Source: Sphaerodactylus townsendi (lineage: Eukaryota). From it: a stretch of 64,000 bases of DNA. Under the pieces are notes generated by a model that did not search any database, was not told the DNA's origin, and worked only from the letters and a program-made list of their open reading frames with translations. The translations under genes and the position numbers were made by a program. Positions 24,126-36,742 of this stretch are shown in pieces. Where the stretch lies: assembly GCF_021028975.2 (NCBI RefSeq), contig NC_059435.1, positions 34,906,001 through 34,970,000 of the forward strand. The letters run 5' to 3'. The number at the start of each line of letters is the position of its first letter. The first letter of the stretch is position 1.

Positions 24126-24452
24126 CCATTAAACTGACAATGGAAATAAAATGGGCAGATTGAAGTGGCTATCACTTATGTGTTTATTGATTAAAGAACT
24201 ACAGTGTTCCCTCTAATAGCTTTTTAGTGTAATTTGTTATGTGTGAGACATGATTTACCTCCCTCCTGCTTGTGGATAATTATTTGGCTCCTCCCCACCA
24301 CAGGAATTTCCCAAATAAACTACTGAAGTCGGTTGGGATTTTGTTAATGGTAGTATAAGGATGTCAAAAGTGTTCACTTTTTCCATGTATTTACTCCAGA
24401 AAATTTTAATATAACTCCTGCCTGTTCAAATTTACATTACCATCTTGAGTTT
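24126..24452 (-). pseudogene. Exon remnant WSKYMEKVNTFDILILPLTKSQPTSVVY...
   Basis: Donors gag|gtaaat (24259) and tgg|gtaagt (24126); resembles GREB1L [28 protein letters not shown]. Confidence 0.55.
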
Positions 24453-24559
24453 CTATTTTTAGGCACAGAACACCAGGGTTATAGCTTCAATGTAAGCTAT
24501 CACATTTTAATTTTACTTTTATTCCAAGGAGCTCAGAGAGGTACAAGGTTTCTTTCTCC

Positions 24560-24957
24560 ATTTTAAAACCAGGGGGCATACATTGAAAATGCCGGGGGGA
24601 AGAATTAGGTCTAATAAAAGGAAACATTTCTTCACGCAACACATGAAAAACACCACATTATTGGAATATGCTGCCACAGGAGGTGGTGATGGCCACTAAC
24701 CTGGATAGCTTTAAAAGGGGCTTGGACAGATTTATGGAGGAGAAGTCGATCTATGGCTACCAATCTTGATCCTCGTTGATCTGAGATTGCAAATGCTGTA
24801 GCACACCAGCTGCTCGGGAGCAGCAGCAGCAGAAGGCCATTGCTTTCACATTCTGCATGTGAGCTCCCAAAGGCACTTGGTGGGCCACTGCGAGTAGCAG
24901 AGTGCTGGACGAGATGGACTTTGGTCTGATCCAGTAGGCTTTTTCTTATGTTCTTAC
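24560..24957 (+). mobile_element. CR1 3' fragment
   Basis: aaaggaaacatttcttcacgcaac...gaggtggtgatggcc...ttttcttatgttctta. Confidence 0.9.
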
Positions 24958-25196
24958 TGTCAAAATAACATGAAAAGTAGGTTTCAGGCCTATTGCTATG
25001 GAGGGAAGCCTCCCACCAGCAAGTGGCATTGTCCACTGCTACTCTGAATGGCTGCTGGGGAATTTTTTTTTTAAAAGTTGGCATCACATGTGTTGTGATG
25101 CAACTCCAATAAAAACCCAGAAGTGACCGTGGGTAGCTGTAGGAGTTCCTGGCAATTCCCAGAGCTACCAGATATTACTTCCAGATTTTACTGATG

Positions 25197-25640
25197 TTAT
25201 TTATAGTCTGCCTTTTTCTCTGAGACTCAAGATGGATTACATAGAATGAGTCAATACAGTCAACAAGATGGGACATTCAAGGAAAAATGAAATAGGGTTT
25301 GGGTTGTAGAGCCAACCAGAAGTCTAAAAAATAGAACTGAAGCAAAGCATTCATGTTAACATGGCTCATTAAATGATGCAACAGTACATAAAATGATCCA
25401 GCCCACTGCAAACTATACACAGTAATACGTTAACACAGTCCCCAGTAATTTATCCAGGTAATTTTCTGAAGTATTTTGTATGGTTTACCCTATTGTCTGC
25501 ATAGAAAAGCCCTCTTGAATAGTTTAGTTTGGCATGGTTTGTAGAAAACCAATAGAATGGAAGCCTTCTTGATCTCCTCAGGCAGGCCATTCCACAAGGT
25601 GGGGGGAAATCTGCAGAAGGCCATGTATGGGCAGTTGTTG
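25197..25640 (-). mobile_element. L2 3' fragment
   Basis: PTLWNGLPEEIKKA...KPCQTKLFKRAF. Confidence 0.75.
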
Positions 25641-25869
25641 ATTTTGCCCATTTGGAAGTTGGCAAGTGGCATCATGGTGCATACACCACCTTGTCCCTCC
25701 CTCCCCAGCTCCTGCCTGTTGCCAAGTTCAGCCTGCAAACTCTAAAGGTAATCTAAACAGAGAGAGTGGTTAGTCACTAAAGTTGTTGAGAAAAAATGTC
25801 CAGTCCTTTTAATTGAGGCTTAATAAGCTATTATTTCCCAGGTTATTGCTTATTTTCCCAACCCAAAAA

Positions 25870-28215
25870 AGGGGAAAAATGTATCAGTATATACTCCCAC
25901 ATCCACAGTTACATTAATACAAAATAGAAATAAAGAGTACAGGAACCACAGAAAAGAATAAAACACAAATTTGACAATATCTAAACACAACTGAACTAAC
26001 TAAACTAAACACCACACCCATACAATGACTTCCAGCCATCTCATTGTTGAATTCTAATCCATTCTAGGTTCATGCATATATTTAAATGAAATAATTTGTC
26101 AAATACACTCTGTATCATTACTAATATCCTAATTAATTCTGCTGCTTCCTTTTAGATTTCAAATCCTTCAATTATTTCTCTACTACCATATTTCAATAGA
26201 TAGCCATTAAAAGATTTCCAGTTTTCTATAAACTTCTCTGGTATTTTTCAACAGCATCCATTTCCTTATCCATATCAATCTGGCAGCTTCAAAATATGAT
26301 TTAAAATTTGGCAATGGGAAACCTCTTTCCTTTGCATCTTTCGCATTTTTATATTTAATTCTTGGTTTCTTAGTTTGCCAAATGAAATTACTTATATATT
26401 TTTGCCCTTGCTTAAAGCATGTTACAAAATTAATTATTGGAACAAAAATAACATTCTTGGTAATACATTCATTTTTATTACCAAAATTCTATCCGTCACA
26501 GATAAATTCAGTCTATTCCAACTCAACAAGTCTTTCTTTACATCATTACACACTTTACCATAATTATTTTGGAATAACATACAGTTCTTGTTTTTCAACC
26601 ACATTCCCAAATATTTAATTTTTGTTTGATGCATATTTTTAGTCAATATTTTAGTTTAAGTTCAGCTTAAACCCTGCCAGCTCTCCAAATTCTTTTATTT
26701 TATATAACAGTATTTCCACATTTTGCACTGGGTCTTCCAATATCATCACTCTATCCTCCACAAAAGCTTTCAATTCATAATGCTGCTTACCAACTTTCAG
26801 TCCCTTATTTGATCATCACATCTTATGTTCCTGTTAAGAATCTTTAGTCAGTATTAAAAGCAATGGTGAGAGAGGGAATCCTTGTCTAGTTCCTTTTGTT
26901 ACCTCACATTTTTCTGACATTTCCCCATTTACGATTATTTTAAGCATACTGTTTGGTATAGATTGCCTCTATACCTTTCACAAAATTATTTTCAAAGCCC
27001 ATTTTTTCTTAAAACACGAAGTATAAGCTGCCAAGAGACATTATCAAATGCCTTGTCTGCATCCAAAAAAAGCAGGGCTCCTTGTCTATCACCATGCTTC
27101 TTGCAGTAATCCATCCCATTCAATATTGTTCTGACATTGTCTCTCAGTTGTATTTTTGGTAAGAAGCCCATTTGATCTTCATGTATGAAAGTTCTTAAAA
27201 GACCTTTTAACTTTCTTGCCAAGATGGCTGCAAACAATTTGTAATCATTGCTTAAGAGTGAAATTAGTCTATAAATCTTTATCCTCTTTGGGGATCAAGG
27301 GCTGATTTTGCACAGACCACATGGATTCCTGGAATCCATTTCAGTTGCCAGTGCTGCCGTTTGCACAGCGACTGCAGGGGCCAGCTGGGATCGCTGGGAT
27401 CCCGGCGGCAGGAGGCAGCACGTTTCATGCGGGAAAAGCAGCATTTCTTTGCAAACTGTGCAGCCAAGAATCCCCTCAACTGAGTATTCCCCCACAATAT
27501 CCTTTTCCTTTGGCATGTTGCTTTCAAATAATTTTGAATAATATTTTTAAAAATCATTCCCTATTATTTTCTCATCAGAGACTAGATCACCTTTCTATAG
27601 TATCTTTGTAATAAATCTGTTCCCTTTGAGTTTTCTTAGTTTGGCTGCTAACCATCTGAGAGCCAGTGTGGTGTAGTGGTTAAAAGCAAGTGGATTCTAA
27701 TCTGGAGAGCCAGATTTGATTCCCACTCCTGCACCTGAGTGGCAGAGACTTATCTGGTGAACCAGATATGTTTCCGCGCTCCTACATTCCTGCTGAGTGA
27801 CCTTGGGCTAATCACAGTTCTTTGGACCTCTCTCAGCCCCACCTACCTCACAAGGTGTCTGTTGTGGGGAGAGGAAGGGAAAGGAGCTTGTAAGCAACCT
27901 TGAGTCTCCTTATAGGAGAGAAAGGTGGGGTATAAATCCAAATTATTATTTTTCAGCCCATTCAAGCATCTTTTGTTTAGCAAAATTCAGATTTGATTCC
28001 ATTTCTTTTGCTGTCAGCATCTATAATTGTTGTAAGATCTTAATATTATGCACAACCTCTTTCTTATTTGAATATTTTAAAAATTCAAGTTCTTTTACTT
28101 TTATCAAGACCAATGCACTCTGCATTTTCTGTTGTTCCAGTTTCTTGTTAACTGTATTCTGCTGAGTCAAGAATTTCCTCATATATGTTTTGCTAGCATC
28201 TAGGGTATTATTTCT
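25870..28215 (-). mobile_element. L1-clade LINE ORF2 remnant with nested insertions
   Basis: IHEDQMGFLP, LDADKAFDNVSW, KYLG, IKMNVLPRMLFLFQ. Confidence 0.9.
27658..27952 (+). mobile_element. Squam3-type SINE nested in the L1
   Basis: gagccagtgtggtgtagtggtt A box, CORE region, ggtataaatcca end. Confidence 0.9.
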
Positions 28216-28339
28216 CAGGTGATGTTGTTTGCCTCTGTGCCAAGAATGAGGCCCATCTGCACATGCTAAGCCTTTAAGGAAGGGACAGGACATTTTTCTC
28301 AAGGTCTTTTGGCAATGCCATTAGTCACCCAGTGACTTT

Positions 28340-28758
28340 TTCATGGGTGAATGGGGTACATTTTAAAATGTGACAGCAGTGTCTGCAGAAGTGTTCAATG
28401 CTCCGTTACTCCTTCCGGGGTTTCTGTTCCATCCCATAAACCAACAAAGTCTATCCTATAGCTCATTTTCTATCACCAAAGTAGACATTCAGATCATAGC
28501 ATGCGCACTCAGCAAAGTGGGTATGTGCTGTTAATTTATACACATTTTGGTGTGCGTAATTCAATTATCCTTGGTGCCAAATTTTTATTAATGGCTGGAT
28601 ATGAGCAACCCTGAGCAATATTTATTTATGGTACAATTGTGACATCATTCTAGATCTTTGACAGTTGCAGAGAGTTCACCGAAGTCCTTTGTCCTTCTGA
28701 GCTTTCTACCTTATTACCAACTGTGCAGCCATTATAGTGAAGCCTGTCACTAACACCT
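28340..28758 (-). pseudogene. Exon remnant ...YPAINKNLAP.../TLLVYGMEQ
   Basis: Acceptor acttttcaaaatcag|; resembles GREB1L RPLLNKDMS and RLLLTGPPQ; 3' boundary approximate. Confidence 0.45.
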
Positions 28759-29097
28759 CTGATTTTGAAAAGTAAATTGCTACTTCTAAAGTAACTACTG
28801 TTTTATATAATGTACTTCTTATGTGGGATACTGATATGAGATATTTCTAAATGAAAATACTTTTGTTATTATTTGAAAGGACTGGCATATTAAGGTTTTA
28901 TTCAGGTTTACACAGCAAGCCGCCAGGAAATCAGGAAAGAGTGCTGGATTTCAGTAGACAGACATTTTTGTCTCAAACTGCAGTGTAAATGTTCTAGAAA
29001 ATAATCACACTACATTTACAGTAAATGACATGATTTGGCAACTATCTGCAATAAAAGCACTTGGCCCATGTCCATAATAAATTTAGAAACTTGTTAC

Positions 29098-29283
29098 CTT
29101 GGAGTAGGCCTGTACAATCCACAGGCGGTACATGCCATGGCAATCATGGATGGCATGTTGCCTGGAGCTTTATTCGCTCCTGGCTTTGCCTCAAGATCAG
29201 GAGCTTTATCATACGCCATTCAAGGTGCAGTACATACCTGGCATGTCTTCTCTGTGTTTGAGGGGAACGTGTGTCCAGGCATG
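29098..29283 (-). pseudogene. Exon remnant MPGHTFP...GNMPSMIAM...PTPR
   Basis: Strong acceptor ctttctatactctctgcag|, donor aag|gtaaca, phase-2 end at PR like the 32996 exon; one in-frame TGA. Confidence 0.55.
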
Positions 29284-29352
29284 CTGCAGAGAGTATAGAA
29301 AGTGATCTCAGTCAAGTGATCTGGGATTTTGGACTGCAGAATCTTTGTAGCA

Positions 29353-29467
29353 TTCTAGTGGGGTAGCCTTGTCCATCTGTTGCAGCAAAAAATAAAAGGG
29401 CTGTTGTGGCACCTTAAAGATAAACAGATTTATTGTAGCATAAATTTCTACAGACAGGAGCCCACTT
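29353..29467. mobile_element. Penelope-like terminal fragment
   Basis: gtagcc...gtggcaccttaaagataaacagatttattgtagcataa. Confidence 0.6.
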
Positions 29468-29764
29468 GTTTGTTTATTTGTTTATCTGTGCTGCCCATCA
29501 GAAACTTGCTTGTGGTCATTTATAACCCAAATAATAAGATAACTAATATAAAAACATCAGCTGAATGAAATGGAACTTTAATATTCAGTACATAGACTGA
29601 CAAGTGAGAAAAAATGCAGAACATGGCCATTCAACACATGGTATTCCTATACAAAATTTAAACATTCACCCGATAAGCTTAGTGACCAATTATAACTGTG
29701 GTATTCAGTTACATCATGATCTACCTAGTTGTGACTAATAATTTAACTCCTGTAATGGTTAAGA

Positions 29765-30125
29765 GGTCTGACCTGCATAGCCTAGGCTAGTCCAATTTTG
29801 TCAAATCTTGGAATCTAAGTAGGGTTGTCCCTAGTTAGAATTTGGTTGTGAAACCACCAATGAATATCAGGGTAGCCCTATAGGTGGATTCTGCATGGGT
29901 CAAAAACAGCGGTGTGAAAACAGTATAAAATGGTTTAAAACGGTGTAAAACAGTTACACTGTTTTCAAACATTTTCACACCGCTGTTTTCGGCCCATGCA
30001 GAATCTGCCATAGAGACAGGCAATGGCATACCACCTTTGAATGTCTCTTGCCTTGAAAGCCCTTCACGGCCTCCATAAATCTTCTGAGACTTCACAACAA
30101 CAAAAACAACAACAACAACAACAAC
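29765..30125 (+). mobile_element. 5S-type SINE interrupted by a MITE, (CAA)n tail
   Basis: Similar to 14091-14300 on both sides of the insertion. Confidence 0.7.
29883..30009. mobile_element. 127-bp palindromic MITE (Harbinger-type)
   Basis: TIR ggtggattctgcatggg / cccatgcagaatctgcc; ATA duplicated on both sides. Confidence 0.85.
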
Positions 30126-30279
30126 AGCAGCAGAAAGGTGTGATATCTAATATATTGTTAATACAATTAAACCTACTGATTCAAAATTGGGATTCAGAAT
30201 TTTCACATGCAAGTCTCCCTTTGAAACTCCTTTGTTGAAGAATTATGATTTTGACATCAACAATAGTGTCCCAATATTA

Positions 30280-30670
30280 ATTATTTATTGTTTATTTATT
30301 TATAAATATTTATACCTCATACCAAAGTCTCTAGGTAGCTTACACAAGATTAAAAACAATAAAACATCACAATAAAAACATAAGTAAACCATAACAAAAG
30401 GAAACAATAACAACCACATACAAATTTACCCAACCCTCCACTTCCCCACCCCCCAGACCAGCAGCTGTAGAGGGGCTTCCAAGGAAGCTAGCCAAATGCC
30501 TGGGTGAATACAAAGGTCTTTGCCATGTCCTTAAATCCATAAAGGGTAGGTTGCTGGTGAATCTCCAACAGAAGACTAGTCCAAAGTCTGGGGGCAATCA
30601 CAGAGAAAGCCCTCCCCATGCTCAATGGGAGGAAGCTGTTGGATGGGTGAACAGTCAGGAGAGTCAAAGC
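30280..30670 (-). mobile_element. L2 3' fragment
   Basis: GRAFSVIAPRLWTSL...AKTFVFTQAF. Confidence 0.75.
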
Positions 30671-31242
30671 TGCAATTGTTGTAGGGGAAAACTGCAGAAT
30701 AGGTGAATGATTGGGAAAGTTGCTTCCATCATTATTGTAGGGGGGGGGGCTGCTGTATGGCTGGGCAGCCAGGAAAGTTGCTGTCACCACTGTTGTGTGT
30801 GGAAGCTGTTGAGACCATTGTTGTGTGTGGAAGCTGTGTGTGGAAGCTGTTGAGAGGGTGGCCATGAGAGTCATGGCTGTGGTTACGGTGAAGGGGGAGA
30901 GGCAGGCCAGGAGAGTACCTGTTCCTGTGGAGAGGGGAGGGGGAACTGCTACTGAGGCAGGAAGAAAGAGTGGTGGGATGAGGCAGGCAGAATTCTGGTG
31001 TTGCCAGAAATTAAAAAAAATAGTAATAGAATGAGAGAGAAGTGTGATTGGGTGAGGGAGACAGAGGGGAAAAGTGACAGTAGGCATGGGGAAGAGAGAC
31101 AGGATTTAAGAGAAGGGGTGGGGGAGGGAGAAATAGAAGTGAATGGAATGGCTGCTTCTACAAGAACTTGTGGTTTGCCACTTGTTTCCAAATTAAACAG
31201 CAACTAAATGCAAATTATAGTGGTAGACTGGCAGATAACTAC

Positions 31243-31475
31243 TTGTTAACATTCTATTATATTTGAAATCCTGCTTTCTTGTGGTTGATGATCACTCTGC
31301 AAGAGGGCTTTGATGCCTCTGCGAAAGAAAACAGAGATTTACAGGAGATTATATCATTGTTTGTGTATTTTAGAAATCAAACAGAAGATTGTTCATGAAC
31401 TATTAAGGCATTTATTGCTTTTTTGCAGTTAATTATTGGTTAATTCTTTACAAGTGCTATTGTGTTTATCAGGAA
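31243..31475 (-). pseudogene. Exon remnant PIINCKKAINALIVHEQSSV*...KSLFSFAEASK
   Basis: Acceptor aagttccacag|; resembles GREB1L [21 protein letters not shown] and KLYFGLSEYSK. Confidence 0.55.
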
Positions 31476-31799
31476 CTGTGGAACTTGAATCACAAACCAT
31501 GTGTACTGAATCATAGCTACACCACCCTAAAAACTTCTTGGGCCAATACAACTTGGATGTTGCCCATAGGAGCTCAGCTCACTCTTCGCCATTGGCACCC
31601 AAGGGAACAACAGGGGCTGCTTCTTGGACTCATACCCCAGACATTGGTGTGAAGAGACAATGGGTGTAACTCTGTTGGGGCAAGAAAATACCTTAAACTG
31701 GAACCTGGTTTACATAAGAGATCACCTATTGATGTGAAAACCGATTATCTTTCTCTATTAATGGAGGGAGGAGATGAGGATTCCTGCTCCCAGTGTACA

Positions 31800-32423
31800 T
31801 TTATGCACGTAAATCAGTCAACATGATAGGAAGATTTGGAGATATTGAGTCATTATCTGCTGCTTTACAAGCCCTTGAATGGAATTTTGTGAAATAAAAT
31901 GAATATATCTGTTAACCAGAGGGCAAACACAGGCAAGCAGTTGAGGGGGAAACTGCTCAGCTCTATTAATTAAAAGAATCGTAACAAGAATGGTAAACTT
32001 GTGATACATTGTCCTGTGCAATTCAAATGTTAATGCACCCCTTCTCTGTGTAACCTTGCCTAGCTTTGGTTATTTTACTTTTCCTCCCTGGTGAATTTAG
32101 TCTGCTTCTAAGCGCACTGAAGTTTATAGGATTAAAAGCCCTGCCCTCATTTCTTTCAAGCGCTTTCTTGATTGGACATTTTGACCTAATTGGATATTTT
32201 AGAAGGTTGCCAAAGCATGCCCCAACTAGTGTTGCCAGTTTCCCATCAACGATTTATAAAGCTCATTTAGAGGATCAATTAGCATTTTGAAAAGGATTTT
32301 GAAGCAGAAATGTTATAAAAGCATCACAGAGTGTTGTTTTGTTCAGAGAGCGTGCTCAGTTCTGTGGGACAAAATGGGTGGCTCAATTAATGGCAAGCTT
32401 CTGTTTGGGAGCAACATTTTTGT
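31800..32423 (-). pseudogene. Exon remnant ...HFCFKILFKMLIDPLNELY...ALTFELHRTMYHKF...YIHFISQNS
   Basis: ILFKMLI resembles GREB1L QFLRILFRMLIRL; overlapping plus-strand ORFs 32066 and 32287; 3' boundary approximate. Confidence 0.65.
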
Positions 32424-32765
32424 CTTAAGTTCAGAAGGTAAATATGTCATTCTCATAAATCATTTTATTGGACTTGGGTATCCATTTGCTATTTTACTGT
32501 GACTGTTTGAGGGAGACAAGTATCATTAGTTTGTGAGGAAGCACCACAGTGGACAGCTAAACTTCGACCATCTCCCACTGCCACCTCCTGCGCATTACCA
32601 CTCTCTCAGAACAGCAGAAGCATCACATATGTGAATGTGCATTCACCCAGACACAGTGAAATTGGGAGCAATCCTAAGCCGGTCTTTTTGGAAGTAAATC
32701 CCATTTTATTCAGTGGGGTTTACTTGCAGAAAAGTGTTCTTAGGATTGCAGTTGTTGTCTCTCAC

Positions 32766-32988
32766 CTAGGCTAGTTCTGTAAACTCTGGCTTGGGAAATT
32801 CCTGGAGATTTAGGGGTAGTGCCTAGGAAGGGTGGGGTTTGGGGAGGGAACAGAGCTCAGCAGGGGTGAGATGGTACAGAGTCTCCCTTGGAAAGCCTCC
32901 ATTTCTTCATGGGAAATGTATCATTAACTTGGAGATCTGTTGTAAATCCAGGAGTTCTCCAGGTTCTACCTGGAGGTTGGTAACCATA
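32766..32988 (+). mobile_element. TAGGGTTGCCA-family element, degenerate
   Basis: ttgggaaattcctggagattt...acctggaggttggtaaccata. Confidence 0.7.
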
Positions 32989-32995
32989 AGCAGAC

Positions 32996-33185
32996 CTAGG
33001 GCACGTGACTGATCCCTGAATAGCATTAGCAAGGCCGTATTCTGCTGGAGAAGATGGTATGGAAATTATTATAATTAACATGTTGGCTGCAATTTGAGTA
33101 TGCTTGGATGCTGACATGGAGGGCCAAAACTATTGTGTTTTTTCATCATTGATGGTTTTGTCGTGAGTGTTTTTAGCTGTGTTTT
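32996..33185 (-). pseudogene. Exon remnant KHTQIAANMLIIII...QGSVTCPR
   Basis: 190 nt, one in-frame TAG; resembles GREB1L [14 protein letters not shown]...GETFPR. Confidence 0.55.
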
Positions 33186-33404
33186 CTAAGATAGATTTTT
33201 TTGTCTGTTTGTTCCGAGGACTATAGACTGTATGTATCTAGGCATGCGTTCACACATTGTTTGCTATTATATGCAAAAATATTTTAAAAATTGATAATTT
33301 TTGTGTTGAAATCTGAGATGCAAGTAATGAGACCATGATTTTGGGTTGTGTTTTTCCTTGTTTTGAAAACAATGTCTTTCTATTTTCCTGGAGCACCTTC
33401 TCAC

Positions 33405-33556
33405 CTATTCATCTTGTTTCATCCTTAAAAGAAATCTGAGATGTAAGGAACGTGAAAGACGACAACATTGTCTTGGCTATTTTTAGTCTTTCCAGCTCCT
33501 GTGATAAACTGATCCACAACATGTGACAGAGCAGGAATAGAAGCTTGAGAGAATTT
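33405..33556 (-). pseudogene. Exon remnant SIPALSHVVDQFITGAGKTKNSQDNVVVFHVPY
   Basis: Strong acceptor tattactgttacag| and donor tag|gtgaga; close to GREB1L [33 protein letters not shown]. Confidence 0.75.
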
Positions 33557-33924
33557 CTGTAACAGTAATAATAGAAGATGCCAAGGGTAATCATTGCAAT
33601 ACAGATGTGTTATCTTCCAATTAATATGTGTTACAGGGATGTATTGAAAAGTTATATGTATAATTAATGCGATTTAGTATACTGTCAGAATATCTATGTG
33701 AAATAGTCTAACGCAAACATGGATTCATGGCTATATGAGCAGCACTGTTAGCCACAAGTGATATAACAATGCCACCCAAGTTGGCATGACCCACTTATTG
33801 AGGGCAGGTGGTGCATTAATTGAAGTAGTAACTGCTATGCCAGCAGCTGTACTCCTGCCAGTTTTAGAAGGCATAGCAGAAAAGAGAAGAGCAGGGTTTC
33901 AGAATGAGACTTTAGCATGGAACA

Positions 33925-34117
33925 AATGAAGCTGTCTTGCACCAAGTTAAATCATTGGTCAATTCTAGGTCAGAATTGTTTGCTCTGATTGGCAGGGACT
34001 CTCCAGGGTCTCAATACTTTCACATCACTTACTTCCTGATATTTTTGAGTGAACTTTCTGGAGATTGAACCTGGGACATTTTTCATGATAAAGCAGATGT
34101 TCCCACTGGCCCCTCCT
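33925..34117 (-). mobile_element. tRNA-derived SINE (Squam2-like), degenerate
   Basis: atgaagctgtctt...ctctccagggtctc...ggagattgaacctgggac. Confidence 0.65.
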
Positions 34118-34559
34118 CTTAACAAAAACAGTTAGAAATGTAGTGTGCTAGGAGAGCTGTTGTAGCTTTATGGTAAAGTTATTTCTTCCATCATTTACTC
34201 TCCAGTTAGAAAAGGGAATGGATGAGAACTCTCAAATTGTGTGCAAACACCTACATACTTTGCATCTCAGTTGCAGGATTTTTAAAGAGGCCCATCCGAT
34301 ATTATAATCCTGCTTTCATTATACTGATGCCAAGAAGTAGTTGTTTCATTGACCTGAAACTCTGTTGGATAAGTATGGATAAGTACAGCATGTTGTTTTT
34401 CAGCTTTCTAATAGTGAATAACAGCAACCTTGCCTGAAGTTTAGCAGGGATTTATCTGGTTAGGGCATGGATGGGAAGCCTTCTCAGAACCCATGCATGC
34501 AGGTTTGATAAATAAGTAAGACCTCCAACCAATAGGTGGTGCAGTTACTCATCTTAGTG

Positions 34560-35045
34560 CTTAGCTAGGTTCTAGACCTGCATACCTGAGGGACTGCCTC
34601 TCCCCCCCATATTGCCCTGTTAGGCCCTTCCGCTCCTCGGAGGAGGACCTACTAATGATCCCTGCCCCAAAAATGATCAGGCTGGCCTCTACGAGGTCCA
34701 GGGCTTTTTCAGCCCTGGCCCCTACCTGGTGGAACAGGCTCCCTAAAGACATCAGGGCCCTGCGGGACTTGCAGAGTTTCCACAGGGCCTGTAAGACGGA
34801 CTTGTTCCATCAGGCATTGGGCCAGCCTGATTAAATACATCTACCTTTCCATCTGGCCTCCCGTGGGCACGGGGAATGGGGGAGGGGAGTGCAGCTAGCT
34901 AGATGCCATCTGTATTTTTATGGGTTCTTGTATTATACATACTGATGTATTAAATTATGGTTTTACGTATGTTTTAAACTGTTGTTCACTGCCCGGAGCC
35001 CTTAGGGGGAGGGTGGTATATAACAACAACAACAACAACAACAAC

Positions 35046-35101
<56 letters not shown>

Positions 35102-35102
35102 A
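34560..35102 (+). mobile_element. L2 3' fragment with compound (AAC)n(GAT)n tail
   Basis: agggctttttcagccctggcccctacctggtggaac...gcctgtaagacgga; microsatellite 35022-35102. Confidence 0.85.
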
Positions 35103-35132
35103 ATGTGGTTGTTTTCATTTGAACGAACGTAC

Positions 35133-35543
35133 TGAATAGTTTTAAAATCTCTGCTGCAGATTGTGCTGTTGGATCATTTATCTTAATTGTTACAATTGCT
35201 GGCAACAGCTTCAAGATGTCAAAAGCCTTATTGTCTGAGAAGAAATTTGTTGATCACTCAGATGGGTCTATACTCACTGAGTAATTGGCTAACTTTAAGC
35301 TTATGGCCTCTGTGACTGAGTGGAATCGTCACAAGGCAGCACAATGTTTTACAGTATTTTTAGAGGAAATACACTGGTTGAAGAAGTTTACTTGTGAGAT
35401 ACCTGCTGGAATTCTGTAAATATCTACTTTTCCATTATTCTTGTTGATCTCAAGAGAATGTACATCTTAGCATGGCACCCCAGAAAACGTTTTGGTGTAA
35501 GATCTATGTGCTACATGCAATAGATAGGTGACCTTTATGCTGC
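35133..35543 (-). pseudogene. 411-nt exon remnant SIKVTYLL...NKNNGKVDIYRIPA...KAFDILKLLPAIVTIKINDP
   Basis: Acceptor tctcctccacttcag|, donor tca|gtacgt; one frame with 3 stops; three GREB1L-like motifs ([41 protein letters not shown]) in the same order, with similar spacing of the last two. Confidence 0.75.
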
Positions 35544-35609
35544 CTGAAGTGGAGGAGACAACATAAGAGTTTGGAAAGAATAAATGGTGGTTAATGTTTA
35601 CTTATTAAC

Positions 35610-35822
35610 TTCATTTATACTCCACTCTTCTCCCAACTGGAACCCAAAGAGTCTTACGATCATTTCTCCATTTGATCCTCACAGCAACACTGTGTAGCTT
35701 AAGTTGTCAGTGTGTGACTGTCTAAAAGTCACCCAGCAAGCTTCCATGGCAGAGTAGTGATTAGAACCTGCATTTCTCAGATCCTAGTCCTGTACTCTAA
35801 CCACTACACCATGCTGGTTCTC
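35610..35822 (-). mobile_element. CORE/MIR-like SINE
   Basis: atcctcacagcaacactgtg...gtcacccagcaagcttccatggc...aaccactacacc. Confidence 0.8.
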
Positions 35823-36742
35823 AAGTTTTTTAAGTTATTAAGTTTTGCTGGTTGTGACTTGGATATTGTTGGTAAAACAACAGGAATCATGTGACTGGCA
35901 GCCCAATCTAAAGGGGGGGGGGTCAGGAATGGCATCATGTCAACTCACACAAGCCTCCTCCAGTGGAGGTTTCAAGCAGTGTGGGAAAGAGGGGAGGAAT
36001 TAAAAAATCCCAGCTATCTGAAAAATCCCATTGGGAACACTGACCTAAAACTGGCATGGGGGAGTTCCCAGGCTGGAAGTCCTTTGTGGCTCCACTCCTG
36101 GAATGCCCCCTTCCATGACGGCGAAGGCTGTTGTGGGAAAGGCCTGCCACTGCAGGGCCAAGCTTCCAGGTTTGGGTGCGGTGGCCGCCGGCTGCCAAGG
36201 TAAGTTCCTCTGTGCCAGCTTCTGAGCCACTTTGCATGGAGCTGGTGTCATGGGTGGCAGCACAACTATTCCATCACTTCCAATGAGACCCCCCACCCCA
36301 CCCCACTGGCACAGCAGAAACTATACTGAGTTTCAAAAATGGCCAGTAACTGTAGTTTTTCTGTTACTGAAACTGAAGACTGTTATTTCTTATAACAGTT
36401 AATGGGATTAATGAACTGGAAAGTAATTGACACCACTACTAAAGGTGAACACTTTAGTAAAGTGAAAATAAGACTCTATAGCTTGGTTTCCCTGTTTATG
36501 ATTCATTCTCATGTTTCCTCTTTCTTTGTAATTTCAAAATAGCATGTATTCATCCTATCTCTGTGTTATAGTCACCAATGAGCAACTCAAAACAAGTGAC
36601 AGGGTGAGTTAAGGACATTGTAACTCATGTCTTTTGCTAATCCTACGTGAAGGGATTAACTCACTGTTGCCTTCCTTTTGTAAGAATGAGTCACTTAATG
36701 TTTTACGTTTTTGGATTTCATTTTTTTAAAATGTTGTCTTAC

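Noticed and set aside
30488-31207. 199-aa minus ORF
   Set aside because: Spans an L2 tail and a purine-rich repetitive segment (possibly another Helitron-like fragment ending near 31186, not supportable); low complexity.
32170-32440. CCAAT/TATA promoter with plus-strand exon MGGSINGKLLFGSNIFVLSSEG
   Set aside because: Better explained as the antisense shadow of the minus-strand pseudo-exon containing ILFKMLI.
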